Below, in pieces: positions 36,353 through 45,914 of a stretch of 64,000 bases of DNA. The stretch comes from Terrimicrobiaceae bacterium (GTDB taxonomy: Bacteria > Verrucomicrobiota > Verrucomicrobiia > Chthoniobacterales > Terrimicrobiaceae), in assembly GCA_044375335.1 (NCBI GenBank), contig JBILMW010000002.1, positions 59 through 64,058 on the forward strand, given 5' to 3'. Each line of letters starts with the position of its first letter. The first letter of the stretch is position 1. The notes beneath the pieces are model-generated. The model did no database searches. It had not been told where the DNA came from and worked only from the letters and a program-made list of their open reading frames with translations. A program made the position numbers and the translations under genes.

Positions 36353-37564
36353 GTGAGTTCCCCGGAAAAATTCGACATTCTCATCGTGGGTGGTGGCACT
36401 GCAGGAATAGCCGCCGCCGTGTTAGCCGCGCGGACTGGCGCGAAGACCCTCCTTGTCGAGCGACGCAGCGCGCTCGGTGGCATGGCTTCGAATGCCCTCG
36501 TGCACACGCTCTGTGGTCTTTACCTGCTGCGAGACGACGAAACCCAGCCGCTGGCCTACGCCAACGAGGGCTTTCCACGCGAGTTTGCCGAGAGTCTCAT
36601 CGCTGCAGGCGGAGCGTCCGCTCCTGTGCGAATGGGAAAACTCGATGTCCTGCCGCACCGTCCAGCTGCCCTCGCCGCTGTGGCGGATGACATCACCCGC
36701 CGAACCCCCAATCTGACCGTTCTTCTCCACACCGACCTCACAGGTATCGAATCAGCCTCTGGTCAAATCCAAGCCGCGCGCTTCCATTCGCGGGGGCGTG
36801 TCTTTGAGGTCGAAGTGAAATCCCTCATCGATGCCTCGGGTGATGCCGAAGCGGCCGCACTCGCGGGTGCCGAGTTTGAATGCGCACCGCCGGATCGCCT
36901 TCAGCGGCCGGCCTGCATTTTTGGAATTGGCGGGGCTGATGAAAGCGCTTTGGAAGGCGATGCGAGACTCAAGCTGGCCCACCTTCTGAGTGGCGCTGTG
37001 ACATCCGGGCATCTTCCCTCCGAAGCCCTGGGCGTTGCCTTTCGTTATGGCATGAGCCGAAGCGAACTTTGGGCCACACTCGATTTGCAGGCTGATCCCT
37101 ACGACCCCTGCTCGCTGGAATGTCTGACTCGCGTGGAGGCTTGCGGACGCCGAGTGGCATTTGAAATCATCCGCTTTCTGCGAAGTCATGCGGCAGGTTT
37201 TGAAAATTCACGCATCACCTGCACTCCCGCACAGGTAGGCGTTCGCGAGAGCCGTCAGGTTCTTGGAGTAGGCTGTTTGACGGAGGAGGACATCCTTCAA
37301 GGCCGCACTGGGAAAGAACCGGTCGCTTTTGCATGCTGGCCTCTGGAATTGCGAGAGAACGCCAAGGGCCCGCGCTTCAGGTTTCCTGTTGAGAACCGTC
37401 CTACCGGTATTTCGTTGGATTGTCTCCGCTCGCGGACTTTCGAGAATCTGTTCGTCGCTGGCCGTTGCATTTCCTGCACGCACGAGGCACAGGCGTCGAT
37501 TCGCGTCACCGGCACATGTTTGGCTACAGGTGAAGCAACGGGCAAAGCCGCCGCTGCATTTTGA
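36353..37564 (+). CDS. FAD-dependent oxidoreductase
   Basis: FDILIVGGGTAGIAAAVLAARTGAKTLLVERRSALGG (GxGxxG dinucleotide fold). Start is GTG 36353, just after the carrier-protein stop (the ORF-track TTG at 36323 is an alternative). Confidence 0.65.
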   Translation: MSSPEKFDILIVGGGTAGIAAAVLAARTGAKTLLVERRSALGGMASNALVHTLCGLYLLRDDETQPLAYANEGFPREFAESLIAAGGASAPVRMGKLDVLPHRPAALAAVADDITRRTPNLTVLLHTDLTGIESASGQIQAARFHSRGRVFEVEVKSLIDASGDAEAAALAGAEFECAPPDRLQRPACIFGIGGADESALEGDARLKLAHLLSGAVTSGHLPSEALGVAFRYGMSRSELWATLDLQADPYDPCSLECLTRVEACGRRVAFEIIRFLRSHAAGFENSRITCTPAQVGVRESRQVLGVGCLTEEDILQGRTGKEPVAFACWPLELRENAKGPRFRFPVENRPTGISLDCLRSRTFENLFVAGRCISCTHEAQASIRVTGTCLATGEATGKAAAAF

Positions 37565-37565
37565 G

Positions 37566-38930
37566 ATGAACATCGCCGAGGAAATTTTCAAAAAAGCGAA
37601 TCCCGCTGCGGTTGCCATTTTCCACGCTGAGCAGGAAACAACCTATGCGGAGCTTGATAAAAAAAGCGCCTCGATTGCGGGTCATCTTCGCCCGCTGTTC
37701 GAGTCCCTGCCTTGCCCGCGTGTTGGCCTTCAATGTCCCGACGGGGCAGATTACATCGCTCACGCGCTTGGCATCCTGCGGGCTGGCGGGTGTTTCGTTC
37801 CAATTGCTCCGGAGCTTTCCGCCCCCGAGCGAGAGCGCCTCATCGAGGAAGTCCACCTCGATGTCATCGTCAAGCAAACCCAAGCCGGCGCAGTGCTTCT
37901 TGAATCCCCAGACCACGCGTCACCTCCTCCCGATTGGATCAAGCCTCTCACTGAAATCCGCCCCGCATTTATCCGATTCACCTCTGGCACCACTGGCTCC
38001 GCGAAGGGCATCACGCTCTCCCACAAAACCCTGCTGGACCGCATCACGGCTGCAAACGACGGTCTCGGCATCACGCCTGCGGATCGCATCCTCTGGGTGC
38101 TGCCGATGTCGCACCATTTCGCCGTTTCGATCATGCTCTACCTCTGGCATGGCGCAGGCATTGTGCTTCCCCACTCGAATCTCCCGGGAGACCTCCTCGA
38201 GGCTTCCAAACGCTGCGGTGCGACGGTTCTTTATGCCGCACCTTTTCACTATGAAATGCTTTGCGGCGCGGCCTCCGGAGAGGGAATTCACTGGCGTTTG
38301 GCCGTTTCCACAACGGCTCCGCTGTCGACATCCACCGCACAGGCTTTTCACAAAAAGTTCGGCCTCTGCCCGGCCCAGGCGCTTGGCATTATCGAAGTCG
38401 GCCTGCCTTGCCTAAACTCGCCCGCACCCGAATTTCGACCGGCCTCGATAGGGCGTCCACAACCCTCCTTCCAAGCCAAGCTGAAGGATTCCCAACTTCT
38501 GCTGCGCGGGCCGGGCTGCTTGGATGCCTATCTGTCTCCCTGGAAGCCCCGCGCTGACATTTTGGATGGGGATGGATGGTTTGCGACGGGCGACATCGCC
38601 GAGATCGATGAGCAGGGATTTATTACCCTCCTCGGGCGCACCAGCACGGCCATTTCGATCGGTGGAATGAAGTTTTTTCCCGATGAGGTCGAATTTGTTT
38701 TGAATGCACATCCCGCTGTGGAATGCAGCCGCGTTATCGCCCGCAAACACCCCGACTTCGGCATGGTTCCTATTGCCGAGGTTGTTGCTGCTGCCGGCGT
38801 CGAACCTCCGACCCGTTTTGATCTGCTCAAGCTCTGCCGCCGCGAATTGTCTGCACACAAAGTTCCTGTCGAAATCCATTTCGTGGAAAAAATCCCGCTC
38901 ACACCAAGCGGCAAAATCAAACGCCAATGA
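37566..38930 (+). CDS. AMP-dependent synthetase/ligase (adenylate-forming enzyme)
   Basis: TYAELDKKS, IRFTSGTTGSAKGITLSH (A3 core), GWFATGDIAE (A8-like) and the C-terminal PLTPSGKIKR (A10). Start is ATG 37566, 2 nt after the upstream stop. Confidence 0.8.
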   Translation: MNIAEEIFKKANPAAVAIFHAEQETTYAELDKKSASIAGHLRPLFESLPCPRVGLQCPDGADYIAHALGILRAGGCFVPIAPELSAPERERLIEEVHLDVIVKQTQAGAVLLESPDHASPPPDWIKPLTEIRPAFIRFTSGTTGSAKGITLSHKTLLDRITAANDGLGITPADRILWVLPMSHHFAVSIMLYLWHGAGIVLPHSNLPGDLLEASKRCGATVLYAAPFHYEMLCGAASGEGIHWRLAVSTTAPLSTSTAQAFHKKFGLCPAQALGIIEVGLPCLNSPAPEFRPASIGRPQPSFQAKLKDSQLLLRGPGCLDAYLSPWKPRADILDGDGWFATGDIAEIDEQGFITLLGRTSTAISIGGMKFFPDEVEFVLNAHPAVECSRVIARKHPDFGMVPIAEVVAAAGVEPPTRFDLLKLCRRELSAHKVPVEIHFVEKIPLTPSGKIKRQ

Positions 38931-39571
38931 CCCGCTGCATTCTCTTTTTCATAGCGCTGCTCACTCTCCCCGTTCACGCGGACGACACCGAAGCCATCCT
39001 GCGCGACTGGATTTCCAAGCAGGCCACCATCCGCTCGCTCCGTGCGGATTTTACTCAAGCCCGCCGACTGCCCGCGTTACGGATTCCGCTCAAAAAGTCC
39101 GGCACGGTCTGGTTTGGCGCGGACGGACGCTTTCGCTGGCAAGTCGGCGATCCTGTGGAGTTGCTCGTGGTGAAATCCCCTAACGACTTCCTCGTCATCG
39201 AACCCAAAAAATCCCTCGCCCGCAGGCTGTCGGCCTCTTCCGCTGCGAGCCGCGTGTTTCAGGAATTGCCGGTGCCATTCGCCGTCTCGCTCGATGAGTT
39301 TCAGTGCCGATTTGAAGTCCTTTCCTTGGAGAATGCTGCCGGACAGGTGGACCTCGTTCTCCGTCCCAAGGATCCTCGCCTCGCCGAAGGCATGAAATCC
39401 CTGCGCATCCGCTTTGATGCTGCAACCGGTGCCGTTTCCCTCTTTGAAATGGTATTTCGCGACGGCAGCGAAGTCTCCACGGAATTTACCCTCATCGAGC
39501 GAAATCCCAAGCTCGCGCCCGACCTCTTCCTGCCTGATCTGTCCGGCCTTAAAATCGAAGACCCTTCTTGA
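38927..39571 (+). CDS. LolA-like outer-membrane lipoprotein carrier family protein
   Basis: Signal peptide MTRCILFFIALLTLPVHA, then ...IRSLRADFTQAR...KSGTVWF...RFRWQV, typical of the LolA fold. ATGA overlap with the ligase. Confidence 0.6.
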   Translation: MTRCILFFIALLTLPVHADDTEAILRDWISKQATIRSLRADFTQARRLPALRIPLKKSGTVWFGADGRFRWQVGDPVELLVVKSPNDFLVIEPKKSLARRLSASSAASRVFQELPVPFAVSLDEFQCRFEVLSLENAAGQVDLVLRPKDPRLAEGMKSLRIRFDAATGAVSLFEMVFRDGSEVSTEFTLIERNPKLAPDLFLPDLSGLKIEDPS

Positions 39572-39658
39572 GGCGCGTCGAAAATTTCATTCGCATGCAA
39601 GGAAGTCCTGTGCTGACATCGTGATCCACAGATCAAAAATGAACATTTTTTACTCACG

Positions 39659-41407
39659 ATGAGTGATCGTTCGAAGCCTGTGGCCGCCCGGTTTTGGGGC
39701 TATGTCCGCCGCTACAAGGGCCTGCTTGGCGTCTCCGCTGTTGGAAACCTGATTACGGTATCGATTGCAACAATGGCGCCGCTTTTCATGAAGCTCGTCA
39801 TTGATGAGGCGATTCCCGGCCGCAATGTGCCGTTCCTCGCTGGCATTGTGGTCGCCTTTCTCATCCTCGAAGGCGTTCGCTATCTCGTGGGCTACGGTCA
39901 CAACTACTTGCTCTATTATACCGGCCAGCGGGTGGTCTTCGACATCCGCCGAGCCTTGTTCCACCACCTTCAGATGCTGCATCTCTCGTTTTACGAAACC
40001 CAGCGCACGGCGAGTCTCGTGAACCGCGTTGTCCATGATGCCACCGCAGTGCAGCAGTTTATCAATACGGCGCTCACGACTATTTCAAACAGCTTGGTAT
40101 CCCTCGCCCTGGCGATGACGATCATGTTTTTCCTGAATTGGAAAATGGCCCTCTTCTGCACGGCGAGCCTGCCTGTTTATTTTGCCGTGATCCACCTGTA
40201 TCGCCGCGGGCTCCACACGCGCTCCCACGATGTGCAGGAGCGCCAGTCCGCTTTGGCAGGCACGCTGGGAGAGACATTCACTGGCATCAAGGTTGTGAAA
40301 TGTTTTGCGCAGGAGGATCATGAACGCCGGCGTTTCATCCAGCGCATTCGCGAAAATTTCCCCCACGAGCTGGAGTTGTCCCTCATGGGCACCCGCATGT
40401 GGCTCTTCTTGGCTGGAATCTTTGCCGTTGTCTATGGATCCGTGCTCCTCTGGGGCGGAAGCAATGTGATGTATGGCGCCATGTCGCTCGGCTCATTCGT
40501 GGCTTTTACCAGCTACCTCATGATGCTCTTCGGCCCGTTGCAAAATCTCTCCAGCCTTATTCAAATCAGCACCAGCGCTCGCACCGGCTTCGAGCGCATT
40601 CTCAGCCTTCACGACATACGGCCGAATATCACGGAAATCCCGAATCCCATTGAACTGCCCGCTCTTCGCGGAGCGGTGGATTTCGACCATGTGAGTTTTT
40701 CCTACGACCGCGGTGTTGCCGTGAACGACTTCACCCTGAGTGTTCCTGCGGGCGAGATCATCGCCCTCGTTGGCCCGAGCGGCAGCGGCAAGTCCACACT
40801 CATCAGCCTACTCACCCGGTTCTACGATCCCTCCTCGGGAACGATCCGCATCGACGGCCATGATTTGCGCACGCTGGACTACGACATCTATCGCCAGCAA
40901 ATCGGCATCGTCCTCCAGGACAACTTTCTCTTTTCGGGCTCGATGGATGAAAACATCCGCTACGGGCGGCCCGATGCGACCGAGGACGAGGTGCGCCGCG
41001 CCGCCGAATTGGCGAATGCGTGGGAATTCATCGCCAAGATGGATGGCGGGCTCAAAGCGCAGGTGGGTCAAGGCGGTGCAACGCTTTCCGGCGGACAGCG
41101 CCAACGGATCGCTATCGCCCGTTGTTTATTGAAAGACCCCCGGATTTTGATTTTCGACGAGGCCACCAGCGCGCTCGACAACGAAAGCGAGGCGCTTGTG
41201 CAGCAGTCCCTCGATACGCTCATGGAAGGCCGCACGGTGTTCATCGTTGCCCACCGCCTCAGCACGATCCGCCGCGCCAACCGCATCGCCGTGATGGAGT
41301 CCGGCCGCCTCGCGCAGTTGGGAACACATCAGGAACTTATCGCGGTAGAGGGTCCTTATCGCAATCTTCAGAAACTCTCTGTCGTTGCTGCACAAGCAGC
41401 GGCTTGA
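39659..41407 (+). CDS. ABC transporter, fused permease/ATPase (MsbA/ABCB-type exporter)
   Basis: Six N-terminal TM segments, Walker A GPSGSGKST, signature LSGGQRQRIAIAR and Walker B ILIFDEATSALD. Confidence 0.9.
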   Translation: MSDRSKPVAARFWGYVRRYKGLLGVSAVGNLITVSIATMAPLFMKLVIDEAIPGRNVPFLAGIVVAFLILEGVRYLVGYGHNYLLYYTGQRVVFDIRRALFHHLQMLHLSFYETQRTASLVNRVVHDATAVQQFINTALTTISNSLVSLALAMTIMFFLNWKMALFCTASLPVYFAVIHLYRRGLHTRSHDVQERQSALAGTLGETFTGIKVVKCFAQEDHERRRFIQRIRENFPHELELSLMGTRMWLFLAGIFAVVYGSVLLWGGSNVMYGAMSLGSFVAFTSYLMMLFGPLQNLSSLIQISTSARTGFERILSLHDIRPNITEIPNPIELPALRGAVDFDHVSFSYDRGVAVNDFTLSVPAGEIIALVGPSGSGKSTLISLLTRFYDPSSGTIRIDGHDLRTLDYDIYRQQIGIVLQDNFLFSGSMDENIRYGRPDATEDEVRRAAELANAWEFIAKMDGGLKAQVGQGGATLSGGQRQRIAIARCLLKDPRILIFDEATSALDNESEALVQQSLDTLMEGRTVFIVAHRLSTIRRANRIAVMESGRLAQLGTHQELIAVEGPYRNLQKLSVVAAQAAA

Positions 41408-41418
41408 AGGTTTTTCCT

Positions 41419-42522
41419 ATGTCCGCCTTTTCCTCATCGATCCAAGTGCGCCTTCGCCGCATGCGGATGCTCATTTTTGCAGCCGCGTTTTTGATTGTTC
41501 CTCTGATTGCCGCGATTGTGTTGTTGCTGCCGGTGGATGAAAAAGTCCCCGCCACGGGTGTGGTCAGAGCGCAGGACGATGTTCATGTTTTTTCCCCGCA
41601 AGACGGACTCCTCGCCGCGATTCGTTGTCCGGAGGGCACGGCCGTCAAAAAGGGGGATATTCTGTTCGAATTGGACTCGATTCTTTACACGCAGCGCTCG
41701 GCTTCTGCCGCAGCCTCGCTGGCGGAGGCGGAAGCCACGCTTCGCTTGAAAGAGGCCCAGCTCCAAAAGACGAGCGGCCTGCCGTTGCCAAAGGAATTCT
41801 GGCATGTGCCCGAGGAACTCAAGCAGGCGAACGAGCGCCTCGCCCTCGCGGAGCGGGAATGCGATCGCTACGAAACGCTCTCTAAAACCGGTGGCGCGAG
41901 CCGGCAGGACTACGACCGCTCGCTCGCCCAGCGCGAAGTATCACGGGGTGAAGTGGAGAAAATTCAGGAAAAGCTCGATGTCCTCAGCCGTGGCTACCGC
42001 GAACAAGTCATCGCCGAAGCCGAAGCAGAGACCGCCGCTGCCAAAGCCGTCGTGGGCCGCTGGAAAGTCGAGAGGGACAACGCCGCCGCCATGGTCGAGC
42101 GCTGCCTCATTCGCGCGCCGGAGGATGGAATTATCACTCTTGTCGAGAAAAGCCGCCCGGGGATGTCCGTGGACGCCGGTGAAAAACTCGCCCACATCTC
42201 GCGCGGGCCGGCGAACCGCGTCAAAATCTTCCTCGCCGAGGAAAAGATCATCCGGGTTGCCGCTGGTCAGGAGGTCATTCTGCGCCCTCTCTCGATTCCT
42301 TGGTTCAAATACGGTCACGCCCATGGAATCCTGCGCAATGTTTCCACCGAGCCTTCGTTTCCTGAAAGTGTTCCCGGCGGCGTGCGGCGTTACGAAGCCA
42401 CGGTGGATGTCACAGAATCCCCTGTTGCCTTGGCGATCGGTTCAACGGTGGATGCCGATGTGATCCTGCGCCGCAGGCCCATGTGGCAACTGCTACTTCC
42501 TGCTGTGTTCGACCGGGAATAG
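41419..42522 (+). CDS. HlyD-family membrane fusion / secretion protein
   Basis: N-terminal TM anchor, lipoyl-like motif (GTAVKKGDILFELD), long coiled-coil stretch and C-terminal beta-barrel-like part. Start is ATG 41419; the ORF-track 5' extension overlaps the ABC gene. Confidence 0.7.
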   Translation: MSAFSSSIQVRLRRMRMLIFAAAFLIVPLIAAIVLLLPVDEKVPATGVVRAQDDVHVFSPQDGLLAAIRCPEGTAVKKGDILFELDSILYTQRSASAAASLAEAEATLRLKEAQLQKTSGLPLPKEFWHVPEELKQANERLALAERECDRYETLSKTGGASRQDYDRSLAQREVSRGEVEKIQEKLDVLSRGYREQVIAEAEAETAAAKAVVGRWKVERDNAAAMVERCLIRAPEDGIITLVEKSRPGMSVDAGEKLAHISRGPANRVKIFLAEEKIIRVAAGQEVILRPLSIPWFKYGHAHGILRNVSTEPSFPESVPGGVRRYEATVDVTESPVALAIGSTVDADVILRRRPMWQLLLPAVFDRE

Positions 42523-42532
42523 GGAATGCGGC

Positions 42533-43252
42533 CTATGAATGGAGGGATTCCCCAAGGTAGGCCGAACGAACGGCGGGGTTTGAGCGCAAGTTTTCTGCGG
42601 TGTCCTGAAGGATGACGCGGCCCGTTTCCAGAACATAGCCGTGGCTGGCGATGCGCAGGGCGAGGTTGGCGTTTTGTTCCACTAGGAGGATGGTCAGGCC
42701 CAGCTCGCGGTTGATTTCCACAATGCGTGAAAAAATGGTTTGGACGAGGAGCGGGGCGATGCCAAGCGAGGGCTCGTCGAGGAGGAGGCATTTCGGCTTC
42801 GACATCAAGGCGCGCGCAATGGCGAGCATCTGCTGTTCACCGCCGCTGAGTGTTCCAGCGGCTTGCTGGAGGCGTTCCTTTAACCTCGGGAAGAGAGTAA
42901 ATATGCGTTCGAGATCGGAGGCGATGGCGTTCCGGTCGCGCCGCAGGTGAGCCCCCATGTGCAAATTCTCAAGCACGGTGAGATTCGAAAAAACCATGCG
43001 TCCCTCGGGTGAGTGCGCGATGCCGAGGGCCACAATCTCGTGGGCGGGTTTGTTCGTGATATCGCGTCCCTCGAAGAAAACCGAGCCCCCTGTGACCTTG
43101 GCTATGCCGGAAATCGCGCGAAGGGTGCTGGATTTTCCAGCTCCGTTGCCGCCGATGAGCGTGACGATGCTCCCGGCTGGGACTTGGAGAGCAATGCCGT
43201 GCAGTGCGGCGATGCCGCCGTAGCTGACTTGGAGGTCCCGAATCTCAAGCAT
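42533..43252 (-). CDS. livF: branched-chain amino acid ABC transporter ATP-binding protein
   Basis: MLEIRDLQVSYGG, GGNGAGKSS, LSGGEQQMLAIARAL and LLLDEPSLGIAP. Start at 43252. Confidence 0.85.
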   Translation of the reverse strand: MLEIRDLQVSYGGIAALHGIALQVPAGSIVTLIGGNGAGKSSTLRAISGIAKVTGGSVFFEGRDITNKPAHEIVALGIAHSPEGRMVFSNLTVLENLHMGAHLRRDRNAIASDLERIFTLFPRLKERLQQAAGTLSGGEQQMLAIARALMSKPKCLLLDEPSLGIAPLLVQTIFSRIVEINRELGLTILLVEQNANLALRIASHGYVLETGRVILQDTAENLRSNPAVRSAYLGESLHS

Positions 43253-44021
43253 GGTGTGTCTCCTCTCCGAGATAGGCTTCGATGACCTTGGAATCGCGCT
43301 GAATCGCTTCCGGCGTGCCCTCGGCGATTTTCTGGCCATGGTCGAGGACAACGATGCGCTGGCAAACACCCATCACGACGCGCATGTCGTGTTCCACCAA
43401 AAGCACGGCGATGCGGAATTTTTCCTGAACAAAGCGGATAAGCTCCATGAGGCGCACCTTTTCGGTGGGATTCATGCCTGCGGCCGGTTCGTCGAGCAGG
43501 AGCAATCGCGGTCCAGTGGCGAGGGCGCGCACGATTTCCAACCGCCGCCGGTCGCCGTAGGGGAGGTCGTTTGCCTGGCGTGCGGCGTCTTCTTTGAGGC
43601 TAAAAATATCCAGAAGGTCGAGAACCTCTCCGCGAATGCGGTCCTCTTCAGCGCGAAACGCAGGGCCTCGTGTGAGCGAGTGGATGATGCCATGGCGGAG
43701 GCGGCCATTCATGGCTGTGCGGACATTGTCGAAAACGGTCAGCGAACTGAAGAGGCGGATGTTTTGGAAAGTGCGGGCGATACCAAGCGCCGTGATGCGG
43801 TGGGCTTTCTTATCGTGGAGCGAAACCCCGTCGAAGCGCACCTCGCCGCTCGTGGGCTTGTAAACGCCAGTGATGATATTGAAAACCGTTGTCTTCCCAG
43901 CGCCATTCGGTCCGATCAGGCCGACCATTTCTTTCGGCGCGATGTGAAAATCCAGATCCCCGACCGCCCGAAGTCCGCCGAATTGCATGGTCACACGCTC
44001 GAGTTTCAACAACTCACTCAT
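43245..44021 (-). CDS. livG: branched-chain amino acid ABC transporter ATP-binding protein
   Basis: LKLERVTMQFGGLRAV, GPNGAGKTT, LPYGDRRRLEIVRAL and LLLDEPAAGMNP. Confidence 0.85.
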   Translation of the reverse strand: MSELLKLERVTMQFGGLRAVGDLDFHIAPKEMVGLIGPNGAGKTTVFNIITGVYKPTSGEVRFDGVSLHDKKAHRITALGIARTFQNIRLFSSLTVFDNVRTAMNGRLRHGIIHSLTRGPAFRAEEDRIRGEVLDLLDIFSLKEDAARQANDLPYGDRRRLEIVRALATGPRLLLLDEPAAGMNPTEKVRLMELIRFVQEKFRIAVLLVEHDMRVVMGVCQRIVVLDHGQKIAEGTPEAIQRDSKVIEAYLGEETHHA

Positions 44022-45001
44022 CCTTGCGGGGCCTTTCTTTTTTTACGCTGAAAGTTCCCCAGCAGACCCTGCGGACGCACGATCATTAAAACAATGAGCA
44101 GGAGTGCAAAAACGATCATCCGGTATTGTTCGAAATCGCGCAGGAGCTCGTTGAGTAAAGTCAGCAAAACTGCTGCAGCAGCAACGCCCGGCGTGCTACC
44201 CATTCCACCAAGGATAACCATCACCACGACATCCACCGATTTCAGGAAATTGAACCCCTCCGGCGCAATGTAGCTGATGAAGTGGGCATAGAGTCCGCCT
44301 GCGAGCCCGGCGAAGAATGCGCCGACGACGAATGCGGCGACCTTGTATTTCGTGGTGTTGATCCCCATGGCCTCGGCGGCGATCTCGTCATCCCGCACGG
44401 CGATGAAGCCCCGTCCGTAGGTTGAATTCACAAGGCTCGCCACCACATAGATGCAGATGGTCGCGATGCCAAATGTCCAAAGCAGATTTGTGTAAGGCGG
44501 GATTCCTTCGAGTCCACGGGCACCTCCAAGCGCATCGGTGTTTTGAATGACGACGCGGATGATTTCTCCGAAGCCGAGTGTGACGATGGCGAGGTAGTCG
44601 CCGCGCAGTCGCAGCGATGGCACCCCGACTAGAAAGCCGCAAAAGGCTGCAAAGACGCCGCCCGCAAGCAGGGCGCCCAGAAAAGCCGCCTGGGATTGCC
44701 ATTCCGGCGCCTTCGCGAGAATTGGGGCGAGGGAAAGCGTGATGATGCTCGATGTGTAGGCTCCGGCAGCCATGAAGCCTGCGTGGCCCAGCGAGAACTG
44801 GCCGGTGTGGCCATTCACCAGATTCAGACTTACTGCCAGGATGATGTTGATTCCGGCCAGAACGAGAATGTTCACGGCGTAATCATCGAGCTGCGGAGCC
44901 ATGGCATAGAGGGCGGCACTGGCGATCAAACCGGCGGCGAGAGCAATATGGGCGGCGTGCTTTTTCACGGCATCAGACCTTCTCGCGCTCGGATTTTCCA
45001 A
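44018..45001 (-). CDS. livM: branched-chain amino acid ABC transporter permease
   Basis: Polytopic with GQFSLGHAGFMAAGAY, typical of LivM. The start may instead be GTG at 44968, 5 nt after the livH stop. Confidence 0.8.
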   Translation of the reverse strand: MENPSARRSDAVKKHAAHIALAAGLIASAALYAMAPQLDDYAVNILVLAGINIILAVSLNLVNGHTGQFSLGHAGFMAAGAYTSSIITLSLAPILAKAPEWQSQAAFLGALLAGGVFAAFCGFLVGVPSLRLRGDYLAIVTLGFGEIIRVVIQNTDALGGARGLEGIPPYTNLLWTFGIATICIYVVASLVNSTYGRGFIAVRDDEIAAEAMGINTTKYKVAAFVVGAFFAGLAGGLYAHFISYIAPEGFNFLKSVDVVVMVILGGMGSTPGVAAAAVLLTLLNELLRDFEQYRMIVFALLLIVLMIVRPQGLLGNFQRKKRKAPQG

Positions 45002-45902
45002 GGAGTCCGGCTGGTTTGAACATGAGAATCAAAATTAAAATAACAAATGCAACGGCATCGCGGAATCCGGGCGGGATGCCGATGTTTTTGCTGTATCCGA
45101 CGACGAGGGTTTCCACGAGGCCGATGATTACGCCACCCAGCGCGGCGCCAGAGATGTTTCCTATTCCGCCAAGCACGGCTGCCACGAAGGCTTTGATGCC
45201 GGGCAGTATGCCCATGAAGGGATCGATGGCCTGGTAAAGCATTGCAAAGAAAATGCCGGCGGCTGCCGCCAGAGCGGATCCCAGGCCGAAGGTGAAGGAA
45301 ATGACGGCGTTGGTGTTCACGCCCATGAGCGATGCGGCAGTTGGGTTGTTCGAAAGCGCGCGCATCGCCAGACCCATGCGCGTTTTTTGAACAATGAAAC
45401 GCAGCGAAACCAGAAGTAAAATCGTCACCGCAAGCACAACGATCTGCTCGGTCGTGATGGAAACTGTTCCTGCCAGGTTGTGGGTTTCGTTTTTGATCAG
45501 TTGAGGGAAACCCTTCGGGGCCGCTCCAAAGAGGAGTTGCGCGCCGTAGGAAAGAAGCAGCGAGACGCCGATGGCTGTTATGAGCACTGTAAGTCGCGAG
45601 CGTTGCCGGAGGGGCTTGTAGGCGAGTTTTTCAATCACGACGCCAAGAGCTGCGCAAATCGCCATGGAAAGCAGGAGCACGACCAGAGCGGACAGGAACT
45701 CCGGCATCCACTGGAAAAAAGGCTTCAGCCACCGGTGCACATACAACCCCGCGAAGGCGCCGATCATGAACACATCGCCATGCGCGAAGTTGATAAACCG
45801 CAATACGCCGTAAACCATCGTGTATCCGAGCGCGATGAGGGCGTAGATCGCGCCCAGCGAGAGGCCGTTGATGAGTTGCTGTGTGAGGTTGGCCCAGTCC
45901 AC
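44973..45902 (-). CDS. livH: branched-chain amino acid ABC transporter permease
   Basis: LINGLSLGAIYALIALGYTMVYGVLRFINFAHGD is a classical LivH N-terminus. Confidence 0.85.
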   Translation of the reverse strand: MDWANLTQQLINGLSLGAIYALIALGYTMVYGVLRFINFAHGDVFMIGAFAGLYVHRWLKPFFQWMPEFLSALVVLLLSMAICAALGVVIEKLAYKPLRQRSRLTVLITAIGVSLLLSYGAQLLFGAAPKGFPQLIKNETHNLAGTVSITTEQIVVLAVTILLLVSLRFIVQKTRMGLAMRALSNNPTAASLMGVNTNAVISFTFGLGSALAAAAGIFFAMLYQAIDPFMGILPGIKAFVAAVLGGIGNISGAALGGVIIGLVETLVVGYSKNIGIPPGFRDAVAFVILILILMFKPAGLLGKSEREKV

Positions 45903-45914
45903 GGGGAGTCGGGA

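Noticed and set aside
37329-37565. 5' extensions of ORF-track ORFs: 37329 for the ligase, 41020 for the HlyD-like gene, 35980 for the carrier protein, 23972 for fabG and 50842 for holA
   Set aside because: The extensions overlap the upstream gene and translate to Arg/Pro-rich nonsense. Internal ATG/GTG codons directly after the upstream stops give N-termini typical of each family.
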